Assembly: GCA_036498725.1 (NCBI GenBank)
Contig: DASYEY010000126.1
Coordinates: 3,089 to 67,088 of the forward strand
DNA length: 64,000 nucleotides
Source: Verrucomicrobiia bacterium
Lineage (GTDB): Bacteria; Verrucomicrobiota; Verrucomicrobiia; Limisphaerales; UBA11358
Direction: 5' to 3'
Below the pieces are notes generated by a model. That model did not search any database and was not told where the DNA came from. It saw only the letters and a program-made list of their open reading frames with translations. Positions 17,749 through 26,853 of the stretch are shown one piece after another. The translations under genes and the position numbers were made by a program. Numbering within the stretch: the first letter of the stretch is position 1; every line of letters begins with the position of its first letter.

Positions 17749-19610
17749 GCGCGCCGACCAAAAAAGCTGCCGAAAAAATCGCGAAGGGCGATGCTTCCGC
17801 GCGCGCGGCGATCACGTACTACAACCCCGCCGAAGAGCGTGACGCAGACCGGGCGCCACTGCAGTGGAAGCTCATCCGCCGAATCTTTGTTTACACCCGA
17901 CCGCATGCGGCCAAGCGCAACTGTTTGTTTGTGCTGACATTTGTGCGCGGTCTGCAACTGCCCGCGCTCGCGTGGTTGATCGGCCGCACGATCAACGGCC
18001 CGATTTCCAATCGTGACCTGCCGGAAATCTACTGGTATGCGGCAGGGTATTTTGGCCTGGTGTTGTTCACCATTGTGACGTTCCACTTCCGTCAACGATT
18101 TGCTTTGGAGTTGGGCGAAGCAGTGGTACACGACATGCGGACGGACCTGTTCGCGAAGCTGATGACAATGCCGATGGGGTTTTTCAACCGCACCAAATTC
18201 GGCAGCATCATCAGCCGCATGACTTCGGACATTGACAGCGTGCGCGCCGGGGTGCAGGAAGTGGCGTTCGTGCTGGTTGTGCAAGGCTTGCAGATGACGA
18301 CCTCGGCGGTGCTGATGGCATGGTATGACTGGAAAATCTTTTCGCTGATGGTATTGCTCGCGCCGATCATCTGGTTCGTGAATAGAAATTATCAGCGCGA
18401 GATGGCGCGGCGCATGCGCAAGGTGCAGGAATCCTGGAGCCGGGTGACCTCCACGCTGGCGGAATCGGTCGGTGGCATCCGGGTAACCCAGGCCTTTGTG
18501 CGGCATGAAGTGAACGCCGAATTTTTCCAGAAATTGATTGATACGCACGGTGAGAACAATGTCGGCGTGGCGCAGGCATCGGCGGTATTCGTGCCGCTGT
18601 TGCAATTGAAGAGCCAGCTTTTTCTCGGCGCAATGGCATTGCTCGGCGCGTTCGGTGCCTTGCAATGGCACGGCTGGCTGCATATGGAAGTCGGCGATCT
18701 TGTGATGTTTTTCTTTCTCGCGAATCTATTTTTCGATCCCGTGCAGGCCATTGGCAACCAATTGAACCAGGCTTTGATGGCGATGGCCGGCGCAGAACGG
18801 TTTTTCCGGATGATGGATCAGGCTCCAGAGTGGCAGGACGCGGCGGACGCAAAACCACTGGCAAAGATCCAAGGCCGCGTGGAATTCAAAAACGTGAATT
18901 TTGAATACAAGGCTGGCCGCCCGGTGTTGGCGGATATTTCCTTTGCCGTTGAGCCCGGCCAATCGGTTGCGCTTGTTGGTCACACGGGTAGCGGCAAAAC
19001 CACATTGGTGGGCTTGTTGCAAAAATTTTATCTGGCCGGCAGCGGGGCGGTGCTGGTGGATGGCTTTGACCTGAAGCAGATCACCAGCAATTCGTTGCGT
19101 TCACAGATGGGCAGCGTGCAGCAGAATAATTTTCTGTTCTCCGGCACTGTGCTGGACAACATCCGCTTTGCCCGGCCTGAGGCGACTGAGGCCGACGTGC
19201 GCGCAGTTCTTGAATCATTGGACAGCCTTGATCTGCTCGCTGATCTGCCGGACGGATTGCAGACGAAGGTGACTGAACGCGGCACTTCCTTGTCATTTGG
19301 CCAGCGGCAACTGGTTTGCTTTGCCCGGGCGATGCTTGCGGATCCACGTATCGTGGTGTTGGACGAAGCGACGAGCGCGATTGATTCCGTCACCGAAGCA
19401 CGCCTGCAAAAGGCATTGGATATTCTGTTACACGGACGCACGGCTTTTATCGTCGCGCATCGTCTGAGCACGATCCGCAAAGCGGACCTGGTGCTGGTGA
19501 TGGATCAGGGCCGGATCATTGAACGCGGCACGCACGACAGTTTACTGGCCCAGAACGGCGTGTATGCCCGCCTGCATCAGGAGTTCATCAGCAATAAATC
19601 AGAAGGCTGA
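17745..19610 (+). CDS. ABC exporter, fused permease/ATPase (heterodimer subunit 2)
   Basis: Walker A 'GHTGSGKTT', degenerate signature 'LSFGQRQLVCFARA', Walker B 'IVVLDEATS'. The start overlaps the upstream stop (ATGA 17745-17748). Confidence 0.9.
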   Translation: MSAPTKKAAEKIAKGDASARAAITYYNPAEERDADRAPLQWKLIRRIFVYTRPHAAKRNCLFVLTFVRGLQLPALAWLIGRTINGPISNRDLPEIYWYAAGYFGLVLFTIVTFHFRQRFALELGEAVVHDMRTDLFAKLMTMPMGFFNRTKFGSIISRMTSDIDSVRAGVQEVAFVLVVQGLQMTTSAVLMAWYDWKIFSLMVLLAPIIWFVNRNYQREMARRMRKVQESWSRVTSTLAESVGGIRVTQAFVRHEVNAEFFQKLIDTHGENNVGVAQASAVFVPLLQLKSQLFLGAMALLGAFGALQWHGWLHMEVGDLVMFFFLANLFFDPVQAIGNQLNQALMAMAGAERFFRMMDQAPEWQDAADAKPLAKIQGRVEFKNVNFEYKAGRPVLADISFAVEPGQSVALVGHTGSGKTTLVGLLQKFYLAGSGAVLVDGFDLKQITSNSLRSQMGSVQQNNFLFSGTVLDNIRFARPEATEADVRAVLESLDSLDLLADLPDGLQTKVTERGTSLSFGQRQLVCFARAMLADPRIVVLDEATSAIDSVTEARLQKALDILLHGRTAFIVAHRLSTIRKADLVLVMDQGRIIERGTHDSLLAQNGVYARLHQEFISNKSEG

Positions 19611-19624
19611 CCAGCGGGATGGCT

Positions 19625-20068
19625 TCAACTTTTCTTTTTCCACGGTTGGTCGGGAAATTTTGATGGCAACTTCATGGGTTGCGGTTTGGTGCCGGCCATT
19701 TCCAGTTCGGGATCGCCAGCGGGCTTTTCGTCAGGATTTTTAGCTTTCGCCGCGTCCTCACGCCAGCCAGCGATGCGGGCTTGCAGGCCGTGATGTTCCG
19801 CTGTCACCTTGTCGCCGGACTTCATATAAAAAAGCGAGAGGTTTGTATGTACGAGCTGCTCCTTGGGGCGTAATTTCTCGGCTTTGTGGCCTTCAGCGAT
19901 GGCGGTGGCAAAATCACCCTGCCGGTAATACGCCATGCCGAGCGCGAGTTGCGCGTCGAAATTCTCGGGATCCTGCGCGAGCACGTTTTTCAGTTTGACA
20001 GTGGCGGTAGCGAATTCGCCCCGGCTGAAATCAAACATCGCATCATCGTATTGTTCCTGCAAAGTCAT
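19625..20068 (-). CDS. Tetratricopeptide-repeat protein
   Basis: TPR-like units 'FATATVKLKNVLAQDPENFDAQLALGMAYYRQGDFATAIAEGHKA' and 'HTNLSLFYMKSGDKVTAEHH'. Convergent with the ABC operon, 14 nt apart. Confidence 0.65.
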   Translation of the reverse strand: MTLQEQYDDAMFDFSRGEFATATVKLKNVLAQDPENFDAQLALGMAYYRQGDFATAIAEGHKAEKLRPKEQLVHTNLSLFYMKSGDKVTAEHHGLQARIAGWREDAAKAKNPDEKPAGDPELEMAGTKPQPMKLPSKFPDQPWKKKS

Positions 20069-20366
20069 CAGCTTGACGCTAACGCAAGCGGCACGAAGGC
20101 AGAAGGGGAAAGTTTGCGCGCAAATTGGCGTTGAAGCAGTAAAAGACTGACCGGATAAGTGGAAAATTCTTGAGCCGGTACAAGATTCCGTTCATTTGCC
20201 TGCCCTGAATATTATCATTGCTTATGACCATAAAGTGTGCATTAGAAATTGACACGTTGAACCCCCAGACATACTGTAAATGGGCAACAGTGCCGCGTTG
20301 ACTGACCCCAGCCCACCTCCACTTTGCGTGTGCTAAAATTGTAATTTTTAAACTTTAAACTATTCC

Positions 20367-22190
20367 ATGAGTGATTCGATTGCAGCAACGTCGTCGCCGG
20401 GTGGCGCGGCCAACGTATCTTCCATCAACGAGGTAGTCATCCGGATCGCGGGTAATTCCCAGGACGGCATCCAGGCGATCGGCGGATTTCTCGCCCGGTT
20501 GGCGGGACGCAGTGAGCAGGAAGTCATGACGTTCATGACGATTCCGGCGACGATCTCCGGTGGCGCATCTATTTTCCAAGTCCGCATGGGCAGCGGTGAA
20601 GTTCTCAGCTCCGGTGATGAAGCCGATGTATTATTGGCCTTTTATCAGCACAGCTACGACGCGCATCTGGGTTCGCTCAAAAAAGGCGGCATCGTTCTTT
20701 ATGATTCCGACCACGTCGTTCCAAATGAAGAACTTAAGAAGACGTATCACCACCTCGGTATTCCAATTTCCGGCCTGACGGTGGAAGCCATTGGCGGGAC
20801 GGCGAAGGACAAGGGTAAAAATATTTTTGCCCTCGGCCTCATCGCCAAGATGTTCGACCTGAACATCCCGAAACTGGAAAAACTGATTGGCGAACGTTTC
20901 ACCGGCAAAGATCCGAGCATCTTGAATAATGCCTTGGCTGCTTTCCATGCCGGCTATGCGAACCCGCTCGGCAACGTGCTGGAAACTTTCAAATTTGTCG
21001 CCAGCCAGAGCAAGGACGGCCATCAGGTCGTCATGAACGGCAATGAAGCGCTCGGTTATGGTTTGATCGCCGCCGGTGTCCGTTTCGGCGCGGGTTATCC
21101 GATCACGCCATGGTCTGACATCATGGAATTGCTGCGCCGCGAATTGCCGAAATACGGCGGTACGTTTGTGCAGACGGAAGACGAAATTGCCGCGATTTCC
21201 ATGGCCATTGGTGGTAGTTACGCCGGCCGCGTCGCGGTGACGGGTTCCAGCGGTCCGGGTATTTCCTTGAAAACTGAGGCGCTCGGCTGGGCGGTCATGG
21301 CGGAAATGCCGCTGGTGATCGTGGACGTGCAACGCGGTGGACCTTCCACGGGCATGCCCACGAACATCGAGCAGTCTGACCTGAATATCGCCATCAACGG
21401 CGGTCACGGAGATTCTCCCCGCGTCGTCATCGCCCCGGCCAACGTCGAAGACTGTTTCTACATGGCGATCGAAGCCGTCAATATCGCCAGGAAATATAGC
21501 GTGCCCGTCATCATGCTGACCGACCAGGGTATCGCCACCCGAATCGAAGCGTTCACGGAACCGAACCTCGAAAAAGTTTGCCAGGACATTTCACCTGATT
21601 TCACGCCGGTGGCTGACCACAAGCCGTATGATTTATCGAAACCGGATGGCATCACGCAACACGTTCCGCCGGGCACCCGGATCTTGAGCGGCAAATATCC
21701 GATCGCGACCGGTTTGGAACACGATGAGCTCGGTCATCCGACCGGTTCGCCGAAATTGCACATGCAGATGACGGCCAAACGCCGCAAGAAATTGCAGGCC
21801 CTGGGCGCTTCACTGCCCGTGCCGAAAATTTATGGTCCACCGGAAGGCAACATCTTGCTCGTTGGTTGGGGTTCCACCGAAGGTCCGATCCGCGAAGCGG
21901 TGGATCGCGCGCGTGCCGCAGGTGACAGCGTTTCCTCCATTCACATCCGCCACGTCAATCCGTTGCCGAACGGTTTGGAAAACATTTTCTCCGGCTTCAA
22001 CCATGTGCTCGTCGTCGAAATGAATGACGAAGGCCTCTACGGCTTCGGTCAACTCGGCCAGGTATTGCGCGCCCGTTATTGCGACGCAAAAATCAGCGGC
22101 ATCAACAAGACCGACGGCCTCACGTGGAAAGTAAAAGAAATTCTCGAACGCGCCAAAACCAACGTTTCTGCTGGATTGCGCAAAATTTAA
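20367..22190 (+). CDS. korA: 2-oxoacid:ferredoxin oxidoreductase, alpha subunit (fused gamma-alpha type)
   Basis: 'GYPITPWSDIME', 'TGSSGPGISLKTE', 'VVDVQRGGPSTGMPT'. Followed by the TPP-binding beta subunit. Confidence 0.85.
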   Translation: MSDSIAATSSPGGAANVSSINEVVIRIAGNSQDGIQAIGGFLARLAGRSEQEVMTFMTIPATISGGASIFQVRMGSGEVLSSGDEADVLLAFYQHSYDAHLGSLKKGGIVLYDSDHVVPNEELKKTYHHLGIPISGLTVEAIGGTAKDKGKNIFALGLIAKMFDLNIPKLEKLIGERFTGKDPSILNNALAAFHAGYANPLGNVLETFKFVASQSKDGHQVVMNGNEALGYGLIAAGVRFGAGYPITPWSDIMELLRRELPKYGGTFVQTEDEIAAISMAIGGSYAGRVAVTGSSGPGISLKTEALGWAVMAEMPLVIVDVQRGGPSTGMPTNIEQSDLNIAINGGHGDSPRVVIAPANVEDCFYMAIEAVNIARKYSVPVIMLTDQGIATRIEAFTEPNLEKVCQDISPDFTPVADHKPYDLSKPDGITQHVPPGTRILSGKYPIATGLEHDELGHPTGSPKLHMQMTAKRRKKLQALGASLPVPKIYGPPEGNILLVGWGSTEGPIREAVDRARAAGDSVSSIHIRHVNPLPNGLENIFSGFNHVLVVEMNDEGLYGFGQLGQVLRARYCDAKISGINKTDGLTWKVKEILERAKTNVSAGLRKI

Positions 22191-22211
22191 TTCTCAACCG
22201 ATACCAATAAT

Positions 22212-23165
22212 ATGAGCCAGACTTTGACTGAATCTCCCGAACGCGCTGGGAACATCGCTGCGGTCGCCGCGCCCGTGGCCCCGGCTACTGAAGAACGCAA
22301 AGGTTTAACCAAGAAGGAAGTCGCCGCGGATCACCCGACGTGGTGCCCCGGTTGCGGTGATTTCTCCGTGCTCGCGCTGTATTTCAAGTTGATCGAAAAG
22401 CGCAAGATGTGGCATGAAAAGATCACGACCGTCGCGGGCATCGGTTGCTCCAGTCGTTTTCCGTATTTCGTACAGGCCCACGGCGTGCATTTCATCCATG
22501 GTCGCGCCCTGCCGTTTGCGAGCGGTATTTCGTTGTCCCGTCCTGACCTGCACGTTTTTGTGTTCGGCGGCGACGGGGATGCGTTCTCCATCGGCGGCAA
22601 CCATTTCAATCATACCGCACGTAAGAATATCAAGATGACCTACTGCGTCATGGATAACTGGGTTTACGGCCTGACGAAGAAACAGACGTCGCCCACCTCG
22701 CCGCTCGGTTTCAAGAGCAAGACGGATCAATGGGGCGCGATTGATTATCCGATCAACCCGATGAAACAGGCGATTTCCGCCGGCGCCACGTTCGTGGCGC
22801 GCACCACCCATACGAATCCGAATCACGTCCTTGCCATGATGGAAGCGGCGATGGACCACGATGGTTTCAGCTTCATCGAATGCTTGAGCGAATGTGTGGA
22901 ATTCTATGAAGGCGCGTTCGATGCCAGCAACCCGCGCAAAGGCGGCGTGTTCAACGAAGTTCCGAAGAGCCATGACGTGACCGATGAATTCGCAGCTTAC
23001 AAGCTTGCGAACGAACCGTTCCCCGGCAATTTCGGCATCTTCTACAAGGTCAACAAACCGACGAAGAATGCGAAGGAGGCCGAAATCAACAAGAGCTACC
23101 AGAGCAAAGTCACGGGTTTGAAAGACTGGCAGATTCTCCAGAAGAATTTCGACAAGTTGAAATAA
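22212..23165 (+). CDS. korB: 2-oxoacid:ferredoxin oxidoreductase, beta (TPP-binding) subunit
   Basis: 'HPTWCPGCGDFS', 'GIGCSSRF', 'FGGDGDAFSIGGNH'. Confidence 0.85.
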   Translation: MSQTLTESPERAGNIAAVAAPVAPATEERKGLTKKEVAADHPTWCPGCGDFSVLALYFKLIEKRKMWHEKITTVAGIGCSSRFPYFVQAHGVHFIHGRALPFASGISLSRPDLHVFVFGGDGDAFSIGGNHFNHTARKNIKMTYCVMDNWVYGLTKKQTSPTSPLGFKSKTDQWGAIDYPINPMKQAISAGATFVARTTHTNPNHVLAMMEAAMDHDGFSFIECLSECVEFYEGAFDASNPRKGGVFNEVPKSHDVTDEFAAYKLANEPFPGNFGIFYKVNKPTKNAKEAEINKSYQSKVTGLKDWQILQKNFDKLK

Positions 23166-23181
23166 ACTTTTCCGCAATCTC

Positions 23182-23212
23182 AAAAGCCCCGGCGTAAGTC
23201 GGGGCTTTTTTA
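23182..23212 (+). terminator. Rho-independent terminator (bidirectional shape) after korB
   Basis: 'AAAAGCCCCGgcgtaagtCGGGGCTTTTTT': 7-bp GC stem with an A-run upstream and a T-run downstream. It sits between the convergent korB and the 23222-23573 gene. Confidence 0.8.
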
Positions 23213-23221
23213 TTGGAGAAA

Positions 23222-23573
23222 TTAAGGCCCTCGGAACTTCCTTTTGCGGGCATTGAATAATCTCGCAATCAAAACGATGATTAACATTAATCCAATGGTC
23301 GAAAGCACGATGATGCGGGTCAACGAATCAAAAATTGCCCCAGCCGCCACGACTGCAATGATTACAAAGACAAAGATTCGACTGTAGATTTTATGGATTT
23401 TGTAAATTCCGCTGGCAGTTTTTGAAATGACATCTGGCGCCTCATGAACCGAAGCATCCCGGCGAACTTGTTTTTTGGAAGCCTGCATTTTATTTCGTGC
23501 GTAAAACACAAATAAAACCGCCAGCACCGTTCCAATTATTCCGGCCAAAATTTCGCAGCTCATTTCAGTTTTC
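23222..23573 (-). CDS. Small orphan membrane protein (2-3 TM helices) in an AT-rich island
   Basis: ATG at 23573 ('MSCEILAGIIGTVLAVLFVFYA...') is preferred over the track's TTG at 23617. Hydrophobic helices 'IFVFVIIAVVAAGAIF' and 'IIVLSTIGLMLIIVLIARLF'. No recognisable family. Confidence 0.45.
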
Positions 23574-23678
23574 AATTTATCAAAATTGATAACAATAGTT
23601 TTGACGAAAAGCGTCAAGCTTTCACCGTTTTAAGTTTCTTTGGGTATTAGATTTTAGCTATGTTTTATTCGTAGTTTT

Positions 23679-24143
23679 ATGCCTCATATTCACGAAAGAA
23701 TTGATTTCACCGTCGCGATCTTTGTGGTGCATGATGGAAAGATTCTGCTGATTCACCATCGCAAGCTGGATAAATGGCTACCGCTTGGCGGACACATTGA
23801 GCTGGACGAAGACCCGGAACAGGCCGCGTTGCGCGAAGCGAAGGAAGAGAGTGGTTTCGACGTGGAGCTGCTTGGTGAGCGTCCGCCCACGACCTCGCCC
23901 GGCACGCGTGCGCTCCTCGCGCCGCGTTTTCTCGACATCCATCGCATCTCTGAAACGCACGAACACATCGGGATGATCTATTGGGCGCGGCCTAAAGACG
24001 GAAAATTATTGCTCGCTGCCGAGGAGCATCATGATATCCGCTGGTGCAGTTTGGACGATTTGGAGAAATTATCACCGCCAATGACGGATGCGGTAAAATG
24101 GTATTGCCAGAAAGCGGTTGAAGAAATTTCCCGTCAGTCATGA
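23679..24143 (+). CDS. NUDIX hydrolase
   Basis: Nudix box 'GGHIELDEDPEQAALREAKEESGF'. Confidence 0.85.
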   Translation: MPHIHERIDFTVAIFVVHDGKILLIHHRKLDKWLPLGGHIELDEDPEQAALREAKEESGFDVELLGERPPTTSPGTRALLAPRFLDIHRISETHEHIGMIYWARPKDGKLLLAAEEHHDIRWCSLDDLEKLSPPMTDAVKWYCQKAVEEISRQS

Positions 24144-25333
24144 ATTCATCGCAAAAAGTCAAATTCGCCTGCTTCGCCATTGAGGGATTGAACTCGTTCA
24201 GTACGATTCTCTATTTCAATTACCTTTATTTTTTGATGCACGCGAAGTTTGGTTTTAGCGACCAGCAAAATCTGGCGCTGGCGGCGTTGCTGGGCTCGAT
24301 CTACGCCATTGCCGCGTGGCAGGGCGGACGTATCGCGCACCGGCTGGGCTATTTCAATACGCTCAAACTGGGTTTTGGCATCATGATTCTGGCCTGGTTG
24401 GTCGGCGCGCAATTGACCTCCGCCCCGGCGCTGGTGGTTGCTGCGTGCATCGCCAACATCGGCATGTGCCTGACGTGGCCGACGCTCGAAGCGCTCGTCA
24501 GCGAAGGCGAATCGGCGGCTAATGTGCCGCGCGTGGTCGGTATCTATAATATCGTTTGGGCAGTCACCTATGCCGGCGCTTTTTTTGTCGGCGGCCGATT
24601 GATTGACGACTTCGGCTTCAAGGCGATTTTCTACATTCCCGCCGGCGTCATGGCCGGTCAGATGGCCCTGGCCTTCTGGCTGGAACATCACGCCAGCGAA
24701 CTCAAGCGCGCGACGGCAAAGCAGCCAACTGCACCCGCATTGCCGCCGGACCCGCATCGTCCATCGCCCGCCAAGGCGAAAGCGTTTCTACGCATGGCGT
24801 GGCTGGCGAATCCGTTTGCCTATATCGCCATCAATACCCTGATCGCCGTACTGCCGGGCGTCGCGGCCAAACTGCATCTTTCAACTAGCATTGCGGGCGT
24901 CGTCTGTTCTCTCTGGTGCTTTGCGCGCTTGGCTGCGTTTGTCGTGTTATGGCGCTGGAGCGGATGGCATTATCGCTTTCGCTGGCTGCTGGTGGCCTTT
25001 GGGTTGCTCGTGACGGCCTTTGTGGCCATTTTGACCGTGCCCGTGTTATCGGTGATCTTGCTGGCGCAATTGCTTTTCGGCGGCGCGATCGGCTTGATTT
25101 ATTATTCATCGCTGTACTATTCGATGGATGTGAGCGAAGTAAAAAGTGAACACGGTGGCATTCATGAAGCGGCGATTGGTTTGGGCAATTGCCTCGGGCC
25201 GGCGGTGGGGGCGTTGTCGCTGCAATTTGCTGCGCGTTCGGCCGACAGTGCTGCGCTGGGCGTTGCGGGATTATTATCATTCGGTCTGGCGGCCTTGGTT
25301 TGGATCCAAATCAACAGCCGCGAACACCGCTAA
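24140..25333 (+). CDS. MFS-type transporter
   Basis: About 12 hydrophobic helices in a two-halves organisation with a basic central loop. The start overlaps the NUDIX stop (ATGA 24140-24143). Confidence 0.75.
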   Translation: MNSSQKVKFACFAIEGLNSFSTILYFNYLYFLMHAKFGFSDQQNLALAALLGSIYAIAAWQGGRIAHRLGYFNTLKLGFGIMILAWLVGAQLTSAPALVVAACIANIGMCLTWPTLEALVSEGESAANVPRVVGIYNIVWAVTYAGAFFVGGRLIDDFGFKAIFYIPAGVMAGQMALAFWLEHHASELKRATAKQPTAPALPPDPHRPSPAKAKAFLRMAWLANPFAYIAINTLIAVLPGVAAKLHLSTSIAGVVCSLWCFARLAAFVVLWRWSGWHYRFRWLLVAFGLLVTAFVAILTVPVLSVILLAQLLFGGAIGLIYYSSLYYSMDVSEVKSEHGGIHEAAIGLGNCLGPAVGALSLQFAARSADSAALGVAGLLSFGLAALVWIQINSREHR

Positions 25334-25471
25334 ATCCTTTTGGCCGGCAAAACCTCGGTTTGATTTCAGTAAAATAAATTTCTCCAAAACATTTTCGTCT
25401 CGAAAAATAATTTCCATTTTCCGACCTCAAGGGTTGAAACCGTTTGTAAAAATAGTTTAGGTTGCTTGGTG

Positions 25472-26818
25472 ATGGAAAAAGACATTCTTAATTCTGCCAG
25501 CGCGCTGCCGCGCATCGCCATGATCTCAACCCACGGCTACGTTGCCGCCATCCCGCCGCTCGGCGCGGCGGATACGGGCGGGCAGGTGGTTTATGTGATC
25601 GAACTTTCCAAAAAACTGGCCCAACTCGGTTACGAGGTGGATGTCTGGACCCGCCGGTTTGAAGACCAGCCGGAACTGGAATATGTCACTGATCAAGTTC
25701 GCATCATTCGCATGGCCTGTGGCGGAAAGAAATTTTTACCCAAGGAATATCTTTACGAAAAATTGCCGGAATGGAACGAGAACGCACTGCGCTTTATCGC
25801 CAAAAATAATCTCAAATATCAATTCATCGACAGTCATTACTGGGACGCCGGTGTGGCGGGACAACATCTGAGCGATGTGTTGAACGTGCCGCACCTGCAT
25901 ACGCCGCATTCGCTGGGGGCCTGGAAGAAGCGGCAGATGGAAACGGATTATCCCGGCGAGGTGGCAAAATTCGAGAAGCAGTATAATTTCACCAAGCGCG
26001 TTCATCACGAGCGGTTGTTGTATGCGGAATGCGAAATGGTTATCGCCACCACGCCGCAACAGATGGATATCATTCAGCAGGATTACGAAGTGCCGGAGGC
26101 CAAGTGCCGCATGATTCCGCCGGGTTATGATGACAACCGTTATTATCCCGTCAGCGAAGCCAGCCGCAAGGCCATCCGGCAAAAACTGGGTTTCACCGGA
26201 CAGGCAGTTCTGGCCATCGGCCGGCTCGCGCGCAACAAGGGTTACGATCTGTTGATTGCCGGTTTTCAGCTCGTCGCCCAGCGCGACCCGGAAGCGCAAT
26301 TACGATTAGCCGTGGGCGGCGCAGACATGAACAAGCAGGAACAGGCAATCCTGAACGACTTGAAAGACCAGGTCGCGCAATTGGGGCTGGAATCGCGGGT
26401 GGTCTTTGAAAGTTTTGTGCCGGATGAACTGATGCCGGATTATTATCGCGCGGCGGATTTGTTCGTGCTCTCGAGCCGCTATGAACCATTTGGCATGACC
26501 GCGATCGAAGCGATGGCGTCCGGCGCCCCGACGGTGGTGACGATCCACGGCGGGCTCTGGCGCGCCCTGACGTTTGGCCGGCATGCGCTCTATGCCGATC
26601 CGTTTGACCGGGAAGATTTGGGCATTACCATGCACAAGGTTTTGAAACATAAAAAACTCGCGGCGCGGTTGTCACGCATGGGCGCACACAAGGCGCGGAG
26701 CTTGTTCACCTGGACCGGCGTGGCGCAACAACTCGTCGCCGTTGTTGAACAGCGGATCAGCGCCAGCCTGTCGCTGGCGGACACTGAGTGGGATGAACCG
26801 TGGAATGACGGTGATTGA
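25472..26818 (+). CDS. Sucrose-phosphate-synthase-like GT4 glycosyltransferase
   Basis: 'MISTHGYVAA...ADTGGQVVYVIELSKKLAQLGYEVDVWTRRFEDQP' is an SPS/SuSy-type N-terminus. 'LFVLSSRYEPFGMTAIEAMASGAP' is the GT4 EX7E region. ATG at 25472 is preferred over TTG at 25466. Confidence 0.7.
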   Translation: MEKDILNSASALPRIAMISTHGYVAAIPPLGAADTGGQVVYVIELSKKLAQLGYEVDVWTRRFEDQPELEYVTDQVRIIRMACGGKKFLPKEYLYEKLPEWNENALRFIAKNNLKYQFIDSHYWDAGVAGQHLSDVLNVPHLHTPHSLGAWKKRQMETDYPGEVAKFEKQYNFTKRVHHERLLYAECEMVIATTPQQMDIIQQDYEVPEAKCRMIPPGYDDNRYYPVSEASRKAIRQKLGFTGQAVLAIGRLARNKGYDLLIAGFQLVAQRDPEAQLRLAVGGADMNKQEQAILNDLKDQVAQLGLESRVVFESFVPDELMPDYYRAADLFVLSSRYEPFGMTAIEAMASGAPTVVTIHGGLWRALTFGRHALYADPFDREDLGITMHKVLKHKKLAARLSRMGAHKARSLFTWTGVAQQLVAVVEQRISASLSLADTEWDEPWNDGD

Positions 26819-26853
26819 GCTGATAATTATTACCACGCTCCTGGAGACTCAAT

